From NCBI GenBank assembly GCA_045545475.1, contig JAZQAZ010000041.1, positions 58,354 through 122,353 on the forward strand: a DNA stretch of 64,000 nt, written 5' to 3'. Below the pieces are notes generated by a model, which saw only the letters and a list, made by a program, of their open reading frames with translations, was not told where the DNA came from and did not search any database. Shown in pieces: positions 39,502 through 48,762 of the stretch. A program made the translations under genes and the position numbers. The stretch's first letter is position 1. Each line of letters starts with the position of its first letter. Origin of the DNA: Clostridia bacterium (GTDB lineage: Bacteria; Bacillota; Clostridia; CAKSNL01; HGM11501).

Positions 39502-40040
39502 TATTCTTTTCCGGGAACAACTATTTTCTTCTTTCTCAAAAGCTTAAAAAGCTCCTTTTCTCCGTTATCCTTAAGATAGGTTAAAAGATAGCAAAGCTTT
39601 TCGTATGTATCAGAATGCATATTGTTTTTGTCTGCACCCCTTAAAAGATATTCGATGGGAGAAGAATCGGTATAGTCGCTCTTTTTGTAAATTTTCGATG
39701 CGGCAATGCGATCGCACACCATTTCAATTATGTATCTGTCGGGCACAGGCACGCTCTCATAACGCTTTGTTTCCATGTTAAGGTCTGTCCAGTATTCAAA
39801 ATGGTGGCGGTTTCTTCCCTTGTGATGCATCCATGCTTCCGAATAACCGTAAAGCTCCCTGGCACGCTCATTGGGGCTTCTTGTTCCCTGATATAGACGG
39901 GCCGATGGAATAAACTCTGTCGGGCTGTACTTGGATAAATCGTGAAACAATCCCTGAAAACCAATTCCCGCCTTAAAGCAATTTTTAATTACCTCGTGTC
40001 TGTGGCGTGTTATAGTCGCAAAATGTTTTATAAAAGACAT
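39501..40040 (-). CDS. DUF5662-like HD-type metal-binding protein
   Basis: KHF.TITRHR, HDLSKY, AWMHHKGRNRHHFEYW, EMVCDR; start moved to ATG 40040 after GGAGG. Confidence 0.75.
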   Translation of the reverse strand: MSFIKHFATITRHRHEVIKNCFKAGIGFQGLFHDLSKYSPTEFIPSARLYQGTRSPNERARELYGYSEAWMHHKGRNRHHFEYWTDLNMETKRYESVPVPDRYIIEMVCDRIAASKIYKKSDYTDSSPIEYLLRGADKNNMHSDTYEKLCYLLTYLKDNGEKELFKLLRKKKIVVPGKE

Positions 40041-40170
40041 AATTACCCTCCGAAAACTTACACTGGTAATAATTATATCATACGCTAATGGAAAATACAA
40101 GCCAAATAAAAAAATAAAACCGCCAATTGAAGTGAACCTCATTTAGTTCAGATGGCAGTTTTATTTTTTA

Positions 40171-40446
40171 TTATTCAGATTTCTTTTTCTTGATAGTAAG
40201 TGCCATTTCTCCGTTTAAGTACATAAGCAGAAGTCCGAGTATTACCAATATATTGGATGCTTTTATAATAACCGGGAAAAATGACTTATATATGAAGTGA
40301 CAAATTACCGCTGCTGTTTCCCCACCGATACAGAGTGCCCCAATATAGCCGAAAAACGTAATTCCACCGGCAAAGAGGCAAATCATAATTCCGTAACCGA
40401 AAACTTTTCTTAAAATATCAGAAATTTTCTTTGCAATTTTTTTCAT
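40171..40446 (-). CDS. Small two-TM membrane protein, partner of the DctM-like permease
   Basis: 91 aa hydrophobic; RBS AAGGAGG; 12 nt after the permease stop. Confidence 0.75.
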   Translation of the reverse strand: MKKIAKKISDILRKVFGYGIMICLFAGGITFFGYIGALCIGGETAAVICHFIYKSFFPVIIKASNILVILGLLLMYLNGEMALTIKKKKSE

Positions 40447-40458
40447 ATCAAAACCTCC

Positions 40459-41817
40459 TTAAAGTCCCAATATCGGAAGCCATCCCATAAGAACGACAAC
40501 CTGCATTACAAACTGAGCCGCTACCCACCAGAGGTTATTTTTAAATGTTTTCATAAAATCAGATTCAGCTAAAGTCATTCCCGCATACATTCCAAGTCCT
40601 AAAGGAGGTGTTATTCCGCACATAACACCGCAGATGCAAGGAAGCATTGCCGCCACTAATATCGGGTTGCATCCTACTTTTTCAAGAACAATGATAAATA
40701 CCGAACCGAAAATAACAACCAGCGATGAGCCAGGAATAACCATTCCCATAAAACAGGTTATAAGGCATACTGCCACAACTGTTCCGAATTTACCGAACTG
40801 CCATGCTGCTATTATATCCCCAAGCTCTTCCGCCACATTAAGGTCCGCAAAAAGAGAGCCTATCATATAACCGAATACACAAACACCAATTGCAGGAGCT
40901 ATGGACTTTACAGCGTCTCCGAACATCTTTGCAATATTGCCTGGTTTAACCAGGTTCTTATCCTTACATATAAGGCAAGCATAAATCGACGAAATACCTC
41001 CGATGAAAAGAAGAAGCGAACTTGAAAGATATTTTGCTCCATCTGCTCCCAGACGTGCTGTGAAGAAATTGTCTTTAAAAAGATAATCAAGCACAAAGGG
41101 TAAAAGTATTATAACAGGTAAAAACAACCCCTGCCAACCTTCCTTTACGGTTTCCTTAAACGAAGGAATATCTTCTTTCTGCATAGGCTTAACTTTATAA
41201 TATTTGCAAAAGGCCAATATCATAACTATTCTTTGCAAGATAAACCAAAGGGCTATTCCCCAAAGAATAATCCAAAACTGACCTGTTGTCATATCAGAAT
41301 TCGGATAAAGTGCAAAGAAAGCCCCCATTGCCGCCACAATATTTGAAGACGGAGGAATCATATTTCCCATATAGCTTGCATTACTTTCTATATTTGCAGC
41401 AAGCTCTGCAGGAAAGCCGGAACGCTTCATGGCAGGAATTGTTATTGCGCCGGTTGCCATAACGTTTCCCGGTCCGGAACCGGAAAGTGCACCCATAAAA
41501 GAGCTTGCAATAACTGCAGCATAGCCTGCTCCGCCGGTTACACGACCGATAACAGAAAGTATAATTGCTATACAACTATCCACTATTTTTGTTTTCGTAA
41601 GAATCACCGACATGGCGACAAACGCAACCATTGAATAAAGAAGCGATGTGGATAAGGCACTGTCAATATAACCCCAAAGTTCACCCCATGTATTCGTAAT
41701 CGCAACCAACAGAACAAAGCTTATAAGAACAGCTTCATAAATAGGTCGCCTCATAAGTGCAAACCAGATAACGATGACAAGAAGCATCAATCCCAGATAA
41801 ATAAGTGACGAAGGCAT
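40459..41817 (-). CDS. TRAP transporter large permease (DctM-like, IT superfamily)
   Basis: GALSGSG, TIPAMKRSG, MIPPSS, GITPPLG motifs; about 12 TM. Confidence 0.85.
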   Translation of the reverse strand: MPSSLIYLGLMLLVIVIWFALMRRPIYEAVLISFVLLVAITNTWGELWGYIDSALSTSLLYSMVAFVAMSVILTKTKIVDSCIAIILSVIGRVTGGAGYAAVIASSFMGALSGSGPGNVMATGAITIPAMKRSGFPAELAANIESNASYMGNMIPPSSNIVAAMGAFFALYPNSDMTTGQFWIILWGIALWFILQRIVMILAFCKYYKVKPMQKEDIPSFKETVKEGWQGLFLPVIILLPFVLDYLFKDNFFTARLGADGAKYLSSSLLLFIGGISSIYACLICKDKNLVKPGNIAKMFGDAVKSIAPAIGVCVFGYMIGSLFADLNVAEELGDIIAAWQFGKFGTVVAVCLITCFMGMVIPGSSLVVIFGSVFIIVLEKVGCNPILVAAMLPCICGVMCGITPPLGLGMYAGMTLAESDFMKTFKNNLWWVAAQFVMQVVVLMGWLPILGL

Positions 41818-41983
41818 GTTACCTCCCCTTTCCCTTAAAACTTTTTAGTTATGGATGTTATATCCAACAAGTTATATTATACTCTATTTTCTTTATTTGT
41901 CAATATTTTTCTGAAAGCTCTTGAATTTTTTTTATTTTTGGATTATGATATTAATACATCTTAAAAGAAAGAGGTGTTTTATT

Positions 41984-42895
41984 CTGAACAACAAGCAGAT
42001 AGAATATGCCATAGAGCTTTCAAAAACCTTGAATTTTTCAGCCGTGGCAGCAAATAAAAAAATATCTCAGCCAGCTTTAAGCAAACACATCTCCAATCTG
42101 GAAAAAGATTTGGGTGTTACGCTCTTTGACCGCAGCAAAAATCCCGTAGAACTTACGGCAGCAGGAGAATACTTTTTCCGTGAAGCAAAAGCACTTTTAT
42201 ATAAGGAAGAGCAGCTTTACCGCTCAATGAAAGACTTTTCAGACGGAACTAGGGGAAGCCTCAATATAGGAATCTCACCTTTCCGCTCTATGTATCTTCT
42301 ATCCTCTGCACTGAAAAAAGTAAACGATGCATATCCGGATGTTAAAATCGTCTTGCACGAGGAAAAAAGTGATACATTAAGAGTCAAAGCCGCAGAAGGA
42401 AAATTCGATTTTGCCGTAATAAATCTGCCTGTTGACGAATCCGTGCTTGATGTAATCCCTCTTGAGCAAGACACTTTAATTCTCGCAGTTCCCGAAAAGT
42501 ATGTGCCTGAAAACATATCCTCCTCAGCAGACTCTTATTCACACATAAGTTTCAGCGATTGCAAAGATATGCCTTTTATAGTAGTTGGGCAATCCCAGGA
42601 AATGCGCTTACTGTTTGAAAAGCTCTGCTCCGAATCTGACATCTCTCCCAAAATCACGATGGAAGTCGTGGGCTTAAGTACAGCCTGGGCTATGACAAAA
42701 GCGGGTATAGGAGCAACCCTTCTCCCCCTTCAATTTATAAAATCCACCGGTGTACCAAAAGATATAAGAATATTCATCCCCGACAGCTGTGAAAACATCC
42801 GTCAACCTGCAATAGTCATGCGTCACGGCCAGTACCTTTCCGACTATGCAAAATATGCAATAAGACTCCTTTCTGACCAAGAAACAACAAAATAA
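41984..42895 (+). CDS. LysR family transcriptional regulator
   Basis: NFS.VA....ISQPALSKHI.NLE..LG..LFDR..LT.AG; probable CTG start at 41984 after AAAGAGGTG; divergent from the permease. Confidence 0.92.
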   Translation: MNNKQIEYAIELSKTLNFSAVAANKKISQPALSKHISNLEKDLGVTLFDRSKNPVELTAAGEYFFREAKALLYKEEQLYRSMKDFSDGTRGSLNIGISPFRSMYLLSSALKKVNDAYPDVKIVLHEEKSDTLRVKAAEGKFDFAVINLPVDESVLDVIPLEQDTLILAVPEKYVPENISSSADSYSHISFSDCKDMPFIVVGQSQEMRLLFEKLCSESDISPKITMEVVGLSTAWAMTKAGIGATLLPLQFIKSTGVPKDIRIFIPDSCENIRQPAIVMRHGQYLSDYAKYAIRLLSDQETTK

Positions 42896-42927
42896 AAATA
42901 CGGTCGAAAAATCGACCGTATTTTTTT
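42894..42927. terminator. Bidirectional terminator
   Basis: AAAAATACGGTCGA-AAAA-TCGACCGTATTTTT. Confidence 0.88.
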
Positions 42928-42928
42928 A

Positions 42929-44455
42929 TCAGCCTGCACCCAGGGGCATGTCGGAAAGATTATCGTAAATGAGATTTGAAAACTTGACATTGCTGATTCC
43001 TACAGCGTAAGGATTTTCTGTTTCACCGAGATAAAGCTGCACTGATTTAACCAGGGTTTTGTCGGCGTTGAAATCGGCACAATATACATCCTTTGTTTCG
43101 TTTACGCTGTATAATACATTACCCACGGAGTCTATCACATCATAGCTCATATCAAAGCTCCTTAAGAACTTTCCGCCCGGGAGAACTGCATCGATTATAA
43201 CAGAGGGGTCATTATCGCCGAAGATAGCCGCACGCAGTGTGATGTTTCCGCCCATTGCATATACATATCTTTCACGGATTCCTGAATAGAGGCTTTCCAC
43301 AAGCGAGTAGTCAGCATCGTAAAGTTCAGGACAGTTAAAGCCGGGAATATCTTCATAAAGTATTCCCATGGTCTTTTCAAGAACCGTCATGGCTTTTCCG
43401 TAGTCTTTTTTGCTTTCATAATAGTTAACAATTTCAATAAGGAAATCGTCCTCTTTCATCCAGCCTGCCGAAGTATATGCATAAACCTCTGATTCCGGAA
43501 CTGCACAGCATCTGAAATCAGATGTGTAAAGTGACACATAATTTTCAGTTATATTTCTTATTGTCGGATTTAAAATTTCACCGAGCTTTCCGTAGTTTAT
43601 ATTGCTTGTAGCTTTCCTGAACTCACTTAAGGAATGTGTTTTTATAAATTCATACAGACATTTTTCGCCATCCTCTGCCTTGTACCATCCGTTAGCAAGG
43701 AAATGGGATGCCATATCATTTCTTACACTGATAACCCGTTCTGCTTCGTTTTCCGTAATCAATCTGAAAAGTGTCGTAAATCCTTCGTAATCTTTTACTC
43801 CCCATGCATAGTTGGGAGAACATGAATTCGTATAGGTTCCGTACATAAGCGAATCTGCATATACATCTGAGAGCTTATGCTTTTCTTCTTTAACCTCGCT
43901 TCCGTTTATGCTGTAAGTATAAAAATATCCGGTATCCGCAAAATCCTGTGTTGTAACTTCAAGCTTTTTATCTTCCGAAAAGCTTATGTTCCAGCCAAAC
44001 TTCTGTCCCCAATCCCATGTCAGGGGAAAATAAAGAACATTCTTATAGTTAAGTATGGGATAAGTCTCTGCTGCATTATTGATTTTCTCGCCCAGCACTG
44101 TTATAGGTGTCGTTACAACCGTAGCTGTTTCGCCCTTCTTAGTGTATGAAAACAAGGGATCAATAAATTCTTTATACACGCCGGAAGGTGTCATCTTATC
44201 TATTACGTTACCGGTTTCAGCTGACCAGTTGTTGAAAAGACCCAAAAACGCACAATCGTCATAAGTCATGGGGAAATACGTTATGGAATTACAAAGAAGA
44301 AACGGATATTCCCTTGCGGCATTTTCCACGATTCTTCCGTTTATAACAATAGGGAATTCCGCCTTGATTACCGGAACCACTCCCGACGCTCCGCTTATCG
44401 GAACCAAAGCCAATACCATTAACACCAAGAGAGTCAATGCGATAATTTTTTTCAT
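42929..44455 (-). CDS. Secreted protein with N-terminal copper-amine-oxidase-N-like (stalk) repeats; C-terminal function unknown
   Basis: Signal peptide MKKIIAL (ATG 44455, RBS AAGGAG); two YP.L.Y..I/V.YFP.T repeats. Confidence 0.7.
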   Translation of the reverse strand: MKKIIALTLLVLMVLALVPISGASGVVPVIKAEFPIVINGRIVENAAREYPFLLCNSITYFPMTYDDCAFLGLFNNWSAETGNVIDKMTPSGVYKEFIDPLFSYTKKGETATVVTTPITVLGEKINNAAETYPILNYKNVLYFPLTWDWGQKFGWNISFSEDKKLEVTTQDFADTGYFYTYSINGSEVKEEKHKLSDVYADSLMYGTYTNSCSPNYAWGVKDYEGFTTLFRLITENEAERVISVRNDMASHFLANGWYKAEDGEKCLYEFIKTHSLSEFRKATSNINYGKLGEILNPTIRNITENYVSLYTSDFRCCAVPESEVYAYTSAGWMKEDDFLIEIVNYYESKKDYGKAMTVLEKTMGILYEDIPGFNCPELYDADYSLVESLYSGIRERYVYAMGGNITLRAAIFGDNDPSVIIDAVLPGGKFLRSFDMSYDVIDSVGNVLYSVNETKDVYCADFNADKTLVKSVQLYLGETENPYAVGISNVKFSNLIYDNLSDMPLGAG

Positions 44456-44472
44456 ATATACATCTCCTTTTT

Positions 44473-45900
44473 TTACCAGCTGCAAAGGCCGGTTGCTTCC
44501 TGAATTTTCCATAATATACCCATAAAGAATCCATCTTCATAATATTCTTCTATGGGAAGAGTATATTCTCCGTCCTCGTTATTCCATATGCGGTCAAAGT
44601 AAGCGTTTATTTCCTCTGCCCTGATATCGGTGCTTTTCATTACTATCTCCGCATCGGTTTCCAGATTATATCCGCCTATATTACGCCTTGTGAAATTGGC
44701 GCTTCCCAATATAACCTTGGTTTCTCCGCTTTTCCCATAATTAAAGACCGCTGTTTTCCCGTGATACTGCTCACCTTTTGTCGCATACCATCTGACATCC
44801 ACGTTTTCGTGTTCCTCGTAAAGCTCGCAAAGTGCCGAACGGTTTGGACTTCCGTTTTTCTCCATTCCGAAGGCATCCTTGTTAGGATCGGCAACAATTC
44901 TCACATCTGCTCCCCTGTCTGCAGCTCTGCCGAGAGCTTTAAGTATATCAAAATCCGATATGTAGAAAATACCGAGTCTTACCTCATCTCCCTTGCCAAC
45001 CTCATTAATACTTTCCACAAGAGAATTTTTAATTTCTTTTTCGGTAATTATCCTTATTTTTGGAGAATCTTCATTTCGTTCTCCCTCATAACTGTATGTA
45101 ACGGAAGGAACTTCTCCACCTGATAAAGCAATTACTGTTTTCTCTGTCTCAAGAAGATCTGCTACTACATCACCCTTAACCCTTACTGCAATGTTAGAAT
45201 GGAAGCTACTGGGATCGTGAGGATTTGCCGATGAAACCATCGCCTCTTTTTCGGTAATTACAACCTTACGGTGATTTGCCTTAAAGTTCGCAAGTTTTAT
45301 AACAGAACGCAGGTTCACTTTATGTGCATCCTTTTCAAAAAAGTTTGGAAGCCAGCAAAGGCCCTTTGTCCCGAACCACCTTGTATAACAACGGTAGTAT
45401 CCCGATACAAGGATATTTGAATCCTTAAGAGAATTAAGCTCGGTTATTACAACATCTACTCCCGCTTCTTTAAGCTTTGTAATATACTTCTGTTCATAAG
45501 CCCCGTAAAAATTGTTTATAGGATCGGTTATAAGAATTACCGGCATATCGGGGTTTTCCCGTTTTTTACCGATGAGTGCATCAGTAACTTTTCCAACAGA
45601 CTCAGGATAAATTCCCGACTCTTTGTTATATTCATCGTTATAAAGGAAAAGGTCTGCAATAACAAACTCCTCTGCTTCATTTATAAGCCTGAGTTTTTCA
45701 TTTAAAATATTATGTTCTCTTACAGTTTCTCCGTCCTTCTCATAACTTAAATCATATATAAATTCAAATTCTTCAGTGGGAACATATTCTCCTTTGAAAG
45801 AAGTTCCGTCAGGCATTTTTGTAATTGCACTTATAATTAACGGGACAATCAGAATCACTGTTATGATAAGTGCTGTTATTTTTCTTTTCGCCTTTTTCAA
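44473..45900 (-). CDS. Membrane-anchored phospholipase D family protein
   Basis: N-terminal TM; NHRK....E..SSAN and HGK....N..GSANFTRRN HKD-like motifs. Confidence 0.85.
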   Translation of the reverse strand: MKKAKRKITALIITVILIVPLIISAITKMPDGTSFKGEYVPTEEFEFIYDLSYEKDGETVREHNILNEKLRLINEAEEFVIADLFLYNDEYNKESGIYPESVGKVTDALIGKKRENPDMPVILITDPINNFYGAYEQKYITKLKEAGVDVVITELNSLKDSNILVSGYYRCYTRWFGTKGLCWLPNFFEKDAHKVNLRSVIKLANFKANHRKVVITEKEAMVSSANPHDPSSFHSNIAVRVKGDVVADLLETEKTVIALSGGEVPSVTYSYEGERNEDSPKIRIITEKEIKNSLVESINEVGKGDEVRLGIFYISDFDILKALGRAADRGADVRIVADPNKDAFGMEKNGSPNRSALCELYEEHENVDVRWYATKGEQYHGKTAVFNYGKSGETKVILGSANFTRRNIGGYNLETDAEIVMKSTDIRAEEINAYFDRIWNNEDGEYTLPIEEYYEDGFFMGILWKIQEATGLCSW

Positions 45901-46007
45901 TACAAATCCCTCCCATCATATTATAAGTATAACACTTATAAAAGATTATTTCAACCCGGAATTGCTATTTTCAGTTTTTTGTGTTATTATAAAAATGAGG
46001 TGATTTT

Positions 46008-46571
46008 ATGACATACTTTGATAAAAATGCATTAAAGCTTTCCCATGAACATATGAAGGCCAACATAAAAGAAGGCGACACTGTTATTGACGGCACCGCA
46101 GGAAGAGGTCGGGATACACTTCTTTTATCAGAGCTTGTGGGCGAAAGCGGAAAGGTTTTCGCCTTTGACATTCAGCCCGAAGCAATAAAATCAACACTTG
46201 AACTCATTACGGAAAACAAAAGACATAACGTAACACTCATAAACGAAAGCCATCACCTTTTGAGAGATTATGTAAAAAGTGCAAAGGCAGTTATATTCAA
46301 CCTGGGCTTTCTTCCCGGCGGAGACCACAGCATTTTCTCCCATTCAGATACCAGTATAAAAGCCATTGATGCCGCTCTTTCAATTATAGATGATGACGGG
46401 TTTGTTTCAATTTGCTCCTATTACGGAGGAGACACGGGGTTTGAAGAGCGGGACAACCTCTTATCCTATCTTGAAGAACTGGACCCGCAGAAATACACCG
46501 TCATGCTTCAATCATTTCACAACCGCAAAAATTGTCCCCCTATTTTTATACTTATAGAAAAAAACAGATAA
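46008..46571 (+). CDS. SAM-dependent methyltransferase of the YtqB/MnmM (Rrna_methylase) family
   Basis: IDGTAGRGRDT..L, VFAFDIQ, IFNLGFLPGGD, Y.G...GFEE. Confidence 0.88.
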   Translation: MTYFDKNALKLSHEHMKANIKEGDTVIDGTAGRGRDTLLLSELVGESGKVFAFDIQPEAIKSTLELITENKRHNVTLINESHHLLRDYVKSAKAVIFNLGFLPGGDHSIFSHSDTSIKAIDAALSIIDDDGFVSICSYYGGDTGFEERDNLLSYLEELDPQKYTVMLQSFHNRKNCPPIFILIEKNR

Positions 46572-46593
46572 GCCATGGCTTATCTGTTTTTTA
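46557..46593. terminator. Bidirectional terminator
   Basis: AAAAACAGATAAGCC-AT-GGCTTATCTGTTTTT. Confidence 0.85.
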
Positions 46594-47334
46594 TTAAAAA
46601 TTGGGCTTATATGAAGGCATAAGCTGAAGTTTGAACAAATTAGCCTTATGCTTTTTATCAATTAGTTCCTTTGTTTCATGATCATCAATTTCTCCGGTTC
46701 TTATATAGCGGTCAAGCACCGCATAGGTAAAGCCAAGGTTTTCTTCGTCGCTCTTTCCGCAAAGACCGTCAATGGGCGTTTTGTCCACAAGCACGCAAGG
46801 AAGGCCAAGCACTCTTCCTATTTCCTTAACCTCTGTTACGGTGAGGTTTGACATGGGCGAAAAGTCCCCGACCGAATCACCATACCTTGTGGAATAGCCA
46901 ACCCAGTCCTCAGATAAATTGCAGGTATTTACAACTCTGCCGTTTACGCTCTGCGAAACAGCATAAAGCGTTGTCATCCTTATTCTGGGCGGAAGATTCT
47001 GAACCGACTGGCTTGTCAAAGAAAGCTCTTTCGGCATAGCCTTAACCAAACTTTCATAAGTTTCTTTTATATTTATTTCGTAGTATTTTATTCCAAGGTG
47101 GTTAACCAGCATATACGCCGCATCAATATCCGCCTGTTCGCCCTTCGGCATCAAAACACCGATAACTCTGTCCTTTCCGAGAGCTTCAACGCAGAGAGCA
47201 GCCGCAACAGAAGAATCCTTTCCGCCTGAAATGCCCACAACCGCATTGCACCCGGGGCCGTTATTTTCAAAAAATTCCTTTATCCATAAAACACATTCAT
47301 CTTTAACTTTTTTTGCATCAAACATTTCATTCAT
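46594..47334 (-). CDS. nadE: NH3-dependent NAD+ synthetase
   Basis: VVGISGGKDS, NL.PRIRM, N.SE..VGY.T.YGD, SDE.NLG..Y. Confidence 0.96.
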   Translation of the reverse strand: MNEMFDAKKVKDECVLWIKEFFENNGPGCNAVVGISGGKDSSVAAALCVEALGKDRVIGVLMPKGEQADIDAAYMLVNHLGIKYYEINIKETYESLVKAMPKELSLTSQSVQNLPPRIRMTTLYAVSQSVNGRVVNTCNLSEDWVGYSTRYGDSVGDFSPMSNLTVTEVKEIGRVLGLPCVLVDKTPIDGLCGKSDEENLGFTYAVLDRYIRTGEIDDHETKELIDKKHKANLFKLQLMPSYKPNF

Positions 47335-47492
47335 CTCCTTAAATTTTATTTTACCACAAAAAAGTAAAAATGTAAATACCGTGTTGATTTCAGAGCAACT
47401 AAAATGTACTTCACTTCGGCGGTGTATTTTTTTGTTGAAATCAGGATTGCTTCATGATATAATAAAATATCTTTATTTTAAGGAGTAGTTTA

Positions 47493-48716
47493 ATGAATAA
47501 TACAAACCACTTAAAGAAACGCTGGTTTTATCTTGCCGCAGGCGTTTTCGCAATGCTGTTTTCCGGAGTTTTATACGCCTGGTCAATTTTAAAGACACCG
47601 TTTTCCGATAGTTTCGGCTGGACTTCTTCTCATCTTTCTCTTAATTTCACGCTTACCATGTGTTTTTTCTGCATAGGTGCTTTTGCGGGAAGTATCATTT
47701 CAGGAAAAATAGGGCATCGCATCACTCTTATAATTTCCGGTATTCTTGTCGGAGTCGGCTTTATACTGACAGGTCTTTTGAAAAGTGACACCCCTTATCT
47801 TTTGTTTGTAAGCTACGCTCTTTTTGCAGGCAGCGGCATAGGTATTTCATACAATGTAGTGGTTTCCACCGTAAGCTCATGGTTTCCTGATAAGAAGGGG
47901 CTTTGTTCCGGTTGTCTCATGATGGGCTTCGGCATAAGCACCCTCCTCTTGGGCGAAACAATAAACAAGCTTTTTTCCTTTCCCTCAGTCGGATTTGAAA
48001 AAACATTCATTATTCTGGGAGCAGTTATCGCCCTTGTGTTAATTATTTCGGGACTAATAATAAGAAAGCCATCGCAGGACATGATTTTTCCGAAAGGAAA
48101 AGTAAACACGTCTTTAATGGCAGAAGATTTTGAAAGCCGTGATTTTACCACCAAAGAAATGCTTAAGAGCATCTCTTTCTGGAAAGCGTTTTTATGCATA
48201 GTCTTCATTGCAGCACTGGGAAATTCGGTAATCAGCTTTGCAAAAGACCTTGCAATTTCTGTAAATGCAACGCCTTCGCTTGCCACAACACTTGTTGGCG
48301 TTCTTTCAATTTTCAACGGGATAGGAAGAATTTTAACAGGAGCCTTATATGATTCTCTCGGCCGTAAAATCACAATGATTTCTGCCAGCGTATTGACCGT
48401 ATTTGCTGCCGTAACGGCACTTATTGCCGTAAGCATCACATCGCTTCCCCTTTGCATTATTGCATTTTGCTTAATCGGCTTATCCTACGGTTCTTGTCCT
48501 ACCGTTACTTCAGCTTTTACAGCATCGTTTTACGGCAAGAAATATTTTGCAACAAATTACAGCATCAATAATTTCAATCTGATTTTTGCATCCTTTATTG
48601 CAAACGGAAGTAACGCCCTGCTTACTTCCTCAGGCTCTTACGTTTATGCTTTTATAATGCTTCTTTTGCTTTCTGTCATTGCCCTTTTTCTTAATATAAG
48701 CATTAAAAAGCCATAA
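47493..48716 (+). CDS. OFA family MFS transporter
   Basis: G..YAWS, WFPDKKGL.SG, NGIGRI..G...D; promoter TTGAAA-N17-TATAAT. Confidence 0.9.
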   Translation: MNNTNHLKKRWFYLAAGVFAMLFSGVLYAWSILKTPFSDSFGWTSSHLSLNFTLTMCFFCIGAFAGSIISGKIGHRITLIISGILVGVGFILTGLLKSDTPYLLFVSYALFAGSGIGISYNVVVSTVSSWFPDKKGLCSGCLMMGFGISTLLLGETINKLFSFPSVGFEKTFIILGAVIALVLIISGLIIRKPSQDMIFPKGKVNTSLMAEDFESRDFTTKEMLKSISFWKAFLCIVFIAALGNSVISFAKDLAISVNATPSLATTLVGVLSIFNGIGRILTGALYDSLGRKITMISASVLTVFAAVTALIAVSITSLPLCIIAFCLIGLSYGSCPTVTSAFTASFYGKKYFATNYSINNFNLIFASFIANGSNALLTSSGSYVYAFIMLLLLSVIALFLNISIKKP

Positions 48717-48731
48717 AAACCAATACGACAT

Positions 48732-48762
48732 AAAAACCGGCGGAGAATCTCCGCCGGTTTTT
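48732..48762. terminator. Bidirectional terminator
   Basis: AAAAACCGGCGGAG-AAT-CTCCGCCGGTTTTT. Confidence 0.88.

Noticed and set aside
39501-40040. Catalase call for the DUF5662-like protein
   Set aside because: No catalase motifs; the His/Asp pattern suggests an HD-like metal site
46594-47334. nadE as part of the TIR system (NAD regeneration)
   Set aside because: Ordinary housekeeping NadE with its own promoter, separated by an MFS gene and terminator; proximity alone is insufficient
47335-47492. NAD-sensing riboswitch before nadE
   Set aside because: The predicted promoter sits immediately before the RBS, so the hairpin is outside the transcript
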